From: the human T2T-CHM13v2.0 reference genome, Homo sapiens
Assembly (NCBI RefSeq): GCF_009914755.1
Contig: NC_060925.1
Direction: 5' to 3' (one strand)
Length of the DNA: 64,000 nt
Below, piece by piece: positions 52,157 to 64,000 of the stretch; the first letter of the stretch is position 1, and each line of letters begins with the position of its first letter. Made by a program: the position numbers and the translations under genes. A model generated the notes under the pieces. That model made no database searches and had not been told where the DNA came from. It saw only the letters and a list, made by a program, of their open reading frames with translations.

Positions 52157-53009
52157 AACATGGTGAAATCCTGTCTCTACTAAAAATACACTTTGCCCTG
52201 CTGCTACACTTTTCAGGGACAGAAAAGGAAAACTATCTCAAGAGACAATGTGCAACGCTGAAATGGTGAAGGAAAAGCTTTTGGGGTAGTGAAGGGGAGC
52301 AGATGGCCTGATTCCCCCCCACCCTAAATAGGGTGTGTGTATATGTGTGAGTGTGCACAGAAACACAGATGCACATACATGACCACACATATGCCCCGAG
52401 CCTTCCAACCAGAATCCACAGGCAGCACCATCTCCCTCTCCATAGCCTTTGCTGATCCTTGTTCCTGAAGCTAGAAAGGGAGGAGGGCCCCTAGATGAGT
52501 GTCTGAGGGGCATGTCCTCAGGACAGCTCTACTTAGTGACATTTGTAAGACCAGTGCTACAGTTATTTCAAGCAACTATCATTTCCCTTCCAGGATAATC
52601 TAAGATGTGATTTTTACTAATGAAATGAAAACTAACACTGAGCATCTATTATGTCCCAGTCACTGTGTTAGGCCCATTTAAATATGAATTATGTATTGTC
52701 TCTGACTTTAAAAGGCTCAAGAGAGCCTGCCAACTCCTGACTCCAACCTATTTAGCCATATTGCTTGTGCTTGTGCTTAATTTCTAAATTAAATTGGAAT
52801 TTCAAGGACCCTGCTGATTGGCAAGTGGAATTACTAAATGATATTTAACCTAAGTGAAGTTGAACATCTCACGACTTCTGGATGGCAAGGAGAAGATCAA
52901 GGAGAAGTGGACCAAGAAGCTGGCTCTTCAAATAGCCCCACCCTTACCTTCAGGAAACCTTATGTCTGCTGAACTGGGTGGGAGTTCTGGCCCCTCCTTC
53001 CACTAGTTG

Positions 53010-54060
53010 TCACAACTGGAATGGTTAAAAGCAATGATTCCCACCAGAATGGCTAAAATTTGAAAACTGACAATAGCAAGAGGAGCACCAGGAACTGTCA
53101 TGCATTGCTGCCAAGAGTGTAAGGTGGTACAGCTACTCTGGACAAATCTTTGGCAGTATTCACTAAACAGGACACACATATACATTATCAGCCAGCAATT
53201 CCATGCCTAGGTATATAAGTAAAGTTTGTGCACATGTGCATTAAAAGACATGTATAAGAAGGTTCATCATAGCACTTTTGGTAACAACCAAAACTGAAAA
53301 CAACCCACATGTCTAGCAAGAGTGGGATGGATAACAACACTGTGGTGTATTTACACAAGGGAGTACTCTAAGCAAGAAGGATAAATGGGCTGAGTGCAGT
53401 GGCTCACACCTGTAATCTCAGCACTTTGGGAGGCTGAGGCGGGCAGATCATTTGAGGTCAGGAGTTCGAGACCAGCCTGGCCAACGTGGTGAAACCTCGT
53501 CTTTACTAAAAATACAAAAAAATTAGCTGGGTGTGGTGGCCCATGCCTGTAATCCCAGCTACTGGGGGAGGCTGAAGCAGGAGAATCACTTGGACCTGGG
53601 AGACAGGTTGCAGTGAGCCGAGATGACACCATTGCACTCCAGCCTGGGCAACAGAGCAAGACTCTGTCTCAAAAAAAAAGAAGGATACTTGGTCTACAGA
53701 CACATGCTACTATGTGCACAGCTTTCCTAAACATCATGTTCAGTGAAAAAGTCAGATAGGAGAAAAACACAGCGGCATGAACCCATTTACATAGCCATTT
53801 ATATAAAGTTCAAAAACAGGCAAAAGTCATCTATGTTGCTTTTAAAAGCCAGGGTAGAAGTTACCTTTGAGAAAGACTAAGAAGATAGAGATTGGGAGGG
53901 TTAGGTCAGGGTTTCCGGGATGCTGGTAATGTTAACATTTCTTGGCCTGGGTGGCTGTTACATGGGTGTGTTCACTTTGTGATGATTTATTAATCTATAA
54001 CCTTATGACTTTTAAGCTTTTGTGTAAATATATTCCTCCTATAAATTTTCTAAAAACAAT
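53010..54060 (+). mobile_element. Old L1 (L1ME-type) 3' relic with AluS at 53388-53679
   Basis: CCACCAGAATGGCTAAAAT, CAGCAATTCCA..CTAGGTATA; Alu TSD AAGAAGGATA. Confidence 0.8.
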
Positions 54061-54462
54061 TAGGCTACATCCCAAAAGACAAGGGATAGAGATATAACCT
54101 AAAAAGTCAGATATGGTCACAGGCCCAGGGGCAAGGGGAGGTGAGGTTTGCTTCCCAGGATCCCCAGTCTCCCAATATTTACCAAAGGGACTTGTGAAAA
54201 AGGCCAGGAATGGGAAAGGGGGTGTCAGGGCCTTTGAGGTGGGTGGGCCAACTACCCAGAACTGCCTTGGCCATACTGCATGACTCTAGGCCTGTAAGCA
54301 AGGTTTCTGAGAGGACTGGTCTCCCATCCCTTGCCCTCATTCACATCCCCAAAAGCAACTTTTGCCCTTGGGCCAATGCTAATTTTCTTTCTGAAATGAT
54401 CATCAGATAAGGTTAGATGCTTCATATGGCCTCAGTTCTTCTACAAAGAAAGGTCAATACTA

Positions 54463-54670
<208 letters not shown>

Positions 54671-54679
54671 AGAAAGGTC

Positions 54680-55800
<1,121 letters not shown>

Positions 55801-55889
55801 TTAAAAGAAAGGAAGAAGAAACAAAGGAAGAAAGGAAAGAAGGAAAGAAAGAGAAGGAATAAGTGAAAGGAAGACTGGCAAAATTCTGC

Positions 55890-57178
<1,289 letters not shown>

Positions 57179-58125
57179 TCAAACACACAACCCAAAACAA
57201 AACTCTGCCCCCCGTCATGGGCTCTGGCCATCCTTCCTCCAAGCTCAAGCAGGAAGAGCAGATGGCAGAGGCCTTTGAGGACTAGGATAGGACCTGGTTG
57301 AGAGCAGACATTCATGAGCTTAATTTCTTATCCTACTGTTCATGTGGCTTTGGAATGACCATGGTCCTGTGAAATGCCATTAGCTCACTGTCCATTCTTG
57401 TGTCTTTGCCTTTTAATCCTTGGACCTCACCACTCAGAAATAGCTGGAGCTGCCCCAACTCCCCAAGGAAGAACTTGCTCTCTGACATCAAGCCAATGAA
57501 GAGTCCCTTTGGGGCACACAGGAGAACTTATCACCCAGTAGATCCTTCTTACCCATAACCCATGGCTCCTCCCAGCTGGTGGGGCCAGGGCCATGAGCTG
57601 TTATTCATCCACATAGAGGGAATTATGGAACAGGGCCTTCAAGGTCCCCCTTGATCATACAGTGCCCGCCATGCCCCCACAGGGTCATGGCCCATTGCAC
57701 CTCAGCCTATATGCACATGCTGGTTGCTTAGCTCAGAACTCCTTTCTCTTTCCCAAGGCTTTGCCCCTGCCCTCCTGGAATGTCACCCTTTCTCCCCCAG
57801 ATGTGGCACTATCTGTTACCTTGGCTTGTAGAACTTTCTACACCCAAGTTCTACTGATTCTTTCTCCTAAATACCCGCAAATGATCTCATCCTTGCCTGC
57901 TTCAGACCTTCAGGCTCTCTTGCCCAGACCATTGCTAGGCGGATAGCTTCTGTGATGCCCTCTCTGCTCTGACCCCACACCTCTTCAATTCCCCTCCTCC
58001 TAAAAACCCCTTGGTTCCTTACTTAGGCAGGCACACAAGAACCTGGCCAGGCCCTTGCTGCTTTTCCTGATCCCTACTCCTTCCCAGACACGTCCTCAAC
58101 ACTCCTATAAAACCTGGCCACTTGG

Positions 58126-58538
<413 letters not shown>

Positions 58539-58773
58539 CTACTCCAATCCACCTCTCTGTGAAGCCTTTCCTGACCACAGTGCCCTCCATTCATCTGCCC
58601 CAGGAACATTCATTCATTCCACAAGTAGTTATGCCCCACCTATGTGCTGGGAATTAGGACAGTTAAGGACCCTGCTCTTGGGGAGTACATTCATCTGGGC
58701 AAGACTGATAATCCTTGCTATATCATCCTGTATAATTTCAGAATGATTAAGGTGAAGGGCTGCAGAATGATAA

Positions 58774-59303
<530 letters not shown>

Positions 59304-59340
59304 TGTGAGCATTCTGCATTCTTTATGGTCTCTCCTTGGG

Positions 59341-59451
59341 AGGGTTGTGAGACTTAACAAATAAAAACATTGCATAGGACATACTTATACCAAAAAATTG
59401 TTCTTGAAATTCAAATTTAATGGGACCACCTGTGTTTTATCAGGCAACCCT
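59341..59451. mobile_element. MER53-like hAT MITE
   Basis: AGGGTTG...CAACCCT inverted ends; GACATACTTATAC and GAAATTCAAATTTAA motifs. Confidence 0.65.
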
Positions 59452-61388
59452 ACCCCTAGGACTCACTGCCCTGTGAGTTCAGAGAAGGAGCACCCTCAGG
59501 GCCCAGCACTGTGGCTGGCTGCAGTAGGCACTCAATAAACACTAAAAGAATGAGCCATTAAGCAGATGCATGAGCAGCACTTGCTAAGTTGTACTGCATT
59601 TTGCATTTGCTTGCTGACTCCCCACCTGCATCGCAAGCCCCTGCTTGCTGCGCAGGCAGTGTTAGATGGCATCCTCTGTACCTAATGCAGCCTGAGGAGT
59701 GGTTTAGGGAGAATGTATCTGCCTCTTACCATCTATTAGTGCCTCCCCTACTACCCCAAGTAATAATCAAATATGAAAAACAATTTTAGAATGTGGCAAT
59801 ATATGTAATGACATGGAAACTGAGAAACATTTTCTCAATCATATGTACATGAATAAAAACACCTTTGGAAAACTTTGCTATATTTATAGGCTGCAGTGTA
59901 TAATCTATGAAAAAACTGCTTCCATCTAGTGCCCTAGCTACCCCTTTCCAACCAGACAGCCTCTACGAAACCCTTCCTCTTTTGGAATCGTGGAGCTGGC
60001 AAAAAGAGCTGACCAGTAGATGTCTGTTATACAAATGATGGCAGAATTTTACTGTGATTCTGGGCCTATGTGTCAATCTTCCCACTGGACTGGGATCCTG
60101 CACAGGCCAGCAAGGTGTCCTTATTGTCCCCAGGCCCAGCATGCAGCAGCAGCTCAGGAAATGGGGATTGAAAATCTATCAAGAGCCACATCTCATAGTT
60201 GACGTTAAAGCTTCCCCGAAGGAAGGCTGGTTCAAATGCACACCCCATGTTGCCCTCTGGAGATCAGCAATCCCATCAAGGCCCAGCCCAAACCACACAC
60301 TGGCAAGCAGCCCAGAAAGGGTGTGGTCCAACTGCCCCACAAGTCCTGTGAATAAGCCCGGTCTTCACTCCCAGTTCATAAAAGGGCCACTGTCCCAGGG
60401 CAGCCTCAGCTCCTGTTGGTTTCAACTCAGAAGGAGAATGTTGTTGCTTGAGCCTCTTTTGAGCTTTAAAAAGGACAAGGAAAGGCACTGTACAGAGTGT
60501 TTTACTTTTGACTTTTTTTTCATGACTACAAACTGTTGGATATTGAAAACCTTGCATTTACTCGTGAATTGCCAGTCTGTGTTTGCGTATGGAGGAAGGT
60601 AAGATTTGCAGGGCTGGAATTATTTTCATTTTCCTTGTAAGTTTCTCCAGTACTTAGCTTTTCATTGAGCATTCTATATTTATTTCTGTGTCATTATGTC
60701 ATTCTTTGGTGCATTTTATAACCTGTGATGCTGAAAGCTGCCTTCCTTCACATTGTGGGCTAGAGTCAGATAGGGCAATACAGTCACACAGCATCCACCA
60801 GAAGTTAGTGCCATGGAACACAGTCCTGAATAAGCACACCAATTTGCTACAAGAATGATCACAGAAAGACTGTGTATAATAGTATCAAAGAATAATTCAA
60901 AGACATAGGGTTAATTATTAGGGCACCATTTACTTGAATACAAGGGAAACCAAAAATAGCTTTATTTCATATATCAGAGCCAAAATAAGAAATAGGAAAA
61001 GAGGAGAAAGGAGAAAAATGAAAAACTGCAGACGTGTGAAAGATAATGAACTTTGCCTTTTCTTGAGTAAGCTGCTGATTAGCAGGCAGCTAGCTAAGAA
61101 GGCCAGAGGGTGTTCTGCCCTTGACATCTGGATGAATCATCAAAGAGGATAATTCCAGTTGCTTATGGATTCTCCAGGAGCCCTTGGAGTGGAACTGTGC
61201 TGTATCTGTGACAAGTTCCCTCTGTGTCACATGTGCCTGGGTCCTGGGAGAACACCTCCATCTCTGTTATGCCTCTCTGCCCTATGACCTTTATGTAAAA
61301 AGTCTCAATGTAAGCAGCCTAAATGTCTAACTTAAAAGGAACCAGCTAAACAAACTTCAGTATAACCTCAGCATGGAATACCAAAGAT

Positions 61389-61680
<292 letters not shown>

Positions 61681-61812
61681 CCAAAGATCTTTTAAAAATG
61701 TTGTGATTTAAGAAAATGTTGTAGTAAAAATATGTAATAATGTAGAAGTTGTTCATGATATACCATTAAGTTATGAGTTTGTGGGGACACACTCATTCCA
61801 TAGCATTAAATC

Positions 61813-62307
61813 TGTATCAGTCAAGGTTCTCTAGAGAAACAGAACCAATAGGATCTATGTATACATATATCTCTAGAAAGGGACTTATGAGAAGGTATTG
61901 GCTCACGTGAATATGGAGGTTGAGAAGTCCCACAATCTGCTGTCTGCAAGCCGAGGACCCAGGAAAGCTGGTCGTATAACCTGAGAGCCAGAGGGCCGAT
62001 GGTATAGATTGCAGTCCAGATCTGAAGGCCTGAGAAGCAGGGGTAGCAACGGCAGGGGAAGATCCATATCCCAGCTAAAGTAGTCAGAGATCACATATTC
62101 AACCTTCTTCTACATTTTTGTTCTGTTTATACCCTGAACAGATTGGATGCAGTCCACGCACAGTGGGGAGGGCCATCTGCTTGACTCAGTTCACCAATTC
62201 AAATGCTAATCTTTTCCAGAAACACCCTAACAGATATATCTAGAAATAATATTTATCTGGGCATCCCATGGCCCAGTCAAGTTGACACATAAAATTAACT
62301 GTTGCCA
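61813..62307 (-). mobile_element. MLT2B-type (ERVL) solo LTR
   Basis: TGTATCAGTCAAGGTTCTCTAGAGAAACAGAACCAATAGG...GTTGACACATAAAATTAAC; TSD (A/T)AATC. Confidence 0.88.
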
Positions 62308-62493
62308 TAATCCAGTGGGGAGAAAATGGTGCCTGAACATGAGCAGTGGTTGGGTGGCTGGAAGGAAGGAGATGGATTGAGAACTCTCTAGCAGCCACAG
62401 TTGGCAGAACTTGGTGCTAATCAGAGGTGGGGGTGAGAAAAATGAGTCTAAGACAACTGATGATTTTGGTTGGATGACTGGTGGTCACATTAA

Positions 62494-62835
<342 letters not shown>

Positions 62836-63225
62836 GAGACCCTTTCTTGTGCATTGCCATGGTGAAAATACCAGCCTGGTATTACCATTTCTTTCAAAGC
62901 GTTGCTAACATCTCTGAAAATCCTAGCACACTCCCTTCAGTGGTCCCCTGTACTCCCTTGCCTGAGGGATCTCCCTGCCTACATGCCATGCCTCCTTATT
63001 TCGCCCATGGGCCCCAGAGGGGTACAGCAGCCATCAGTGAGGTACTGGTTCTTTCTCCCTGGGCTTATAGTCCCACTGTGTTGAGTACCTTGTCTTCCTC
63101 TGTTCGGGTCACCTCCCTGTGCCACAAACATCTACCTTCCAGGAAAGGATCACAAACTGTAGGACTGAAGACTAGATTTCAACCCATAGATGTCTATGAT
63201 TTGGCCTGCTCTGTGTATGTGTGTG

Positions 63226-63227
<2 letters not shown>

Positions 63228-63264
<37 letters not shown>
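63228..63264. repeat. (CA)n microsatellite
   Basis: directly visible. Confidence 0.95.
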
Positions 63265-63266
<2 letters not shown>

Positions 63267-63606
63267 AAATGTAAATGCCTTTGAAGGAGGGACCAGGCTC
63301 TCTGGTATGTCATGTTCCCTCAACCCTTCTGGTTGCCTCACCTTTGGCCTGCTTTGCTCATTTCCCTTCATGCCTGACAGCCACAGGCTTCTGTATATCT
63401 AAGCCCCACTGGAAGGAAAGATGTAGGGGGTCTGGTCCACCAAGGGGCAGCATCTGGACCAACAGGGCACTGGCTTTCTTCCTTGTCACATCTTTCTCAT
63501 CCTTGCTCACAGCAGGATGAGCGCTTGGAGAGATGGCTGGCTTCCTACAGAAGGTTACCAAAAGACCAAGCTATCTTCCCTTGAAAATAAAACCCAATTG
63601 CCTGTA

Positions 63607-63686
63607 TATTAGATTGAACTATATAAAATTGTCCATGTTCAACTTTGCCCTATAAAGATGACAATTTCACATGATTCAACCTATTA
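63607..63686. mobile_element. MADE2-like mariner MITE
   Basis: 80-bp imperfect palindrome TTAGATTGAACTATATAAAATTG...CAATTTCACATGATTCAACCTA. Confidence 0.65.
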
Positions 63687-63714
63687 ACATGGCCCTGGCT
63701 TAGTCGCTAGTAGG

Positions 63715-63855
63715 ACAATGGTTCTCAGCCTTGGTTGCAAATTAGAATAAACTGGAGGTTTTAAAAAATACCCTTGCTAGGACCTCACCACAAGACTATT
63801 AAATTCAAATTTTTGCAGATGGGGGCAGGCATAGAGCTATTTAAAAAGCTCCTCT
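63715..63855. mobile_element. MER5A-type MITE
   Basis: ATGGTTCTCAGCCTTGGTTGCAAATTAGAAT...TTTAAAAAGCTCC. Confidence 0.65.
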
Positions 63856-63856
63856 G

Positions 63857-64000
63857 GGCTGGGCACAATGGCTCAAGCCTGTAATCCCAGCACTTTGGGA
63901 GGCCAAGGCAGGAGGATCGCTTGAAGTCAGGAGTTTGAGGACAGCCTGGCCACTGTGGCAAAACCCCATCTCTACTAAAAATACAAAAATCAGCCAGGCA
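63857..64000 (+). mobile_element. Alu, cut by window end
   Basis: left arm and linker. Confidence 0.93.

Noticed and set aside
60934-61152. ORF with KNSFISYIRAKIRNRK loosely resembling a LINE ORF2 linker
   Set aside because: Similarity too short to support without a profile search

Overview
Primate genomic DNA, most likely human because it carries a near-consensus AluYa5. The window is non-coding and dominated by repeats, consistent with intronic or intergenic sequence. I recognise no host protein-coding exon, RNA gene or CRISPR array. The only long, recognisable ORFs are broken ORF1/ORF2 pieces and the antisense ORF0 of a near-full-length L1PA3-type element (30669-36653, minus). The window also holds about 48 Alu copies or fragments and an ancient full-length L1MA-type element (17363-28045) that still has its 12-bp TSD and carries nested THE1, LTR12, MST and Alu insertions. 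Other relics include HAL1, L2, MIR, a collinear L3/CR1 fossil, MaLR/ERVL solo LTRs and DNA transposons (Tigger1, hAT, MER5, MER53, MADE2). I found no new biological system. The most unusual signal is three short insertions copied from donors 0.7-2.1 kb away (141, 35 and 23 bp) with microhomology or hairpin junctions, plus one orphan Alu fragment. Family and subfamily calls come from my recall of consensus sequences, not from a search. Boundaries are approximate unless a TSD is quoted.
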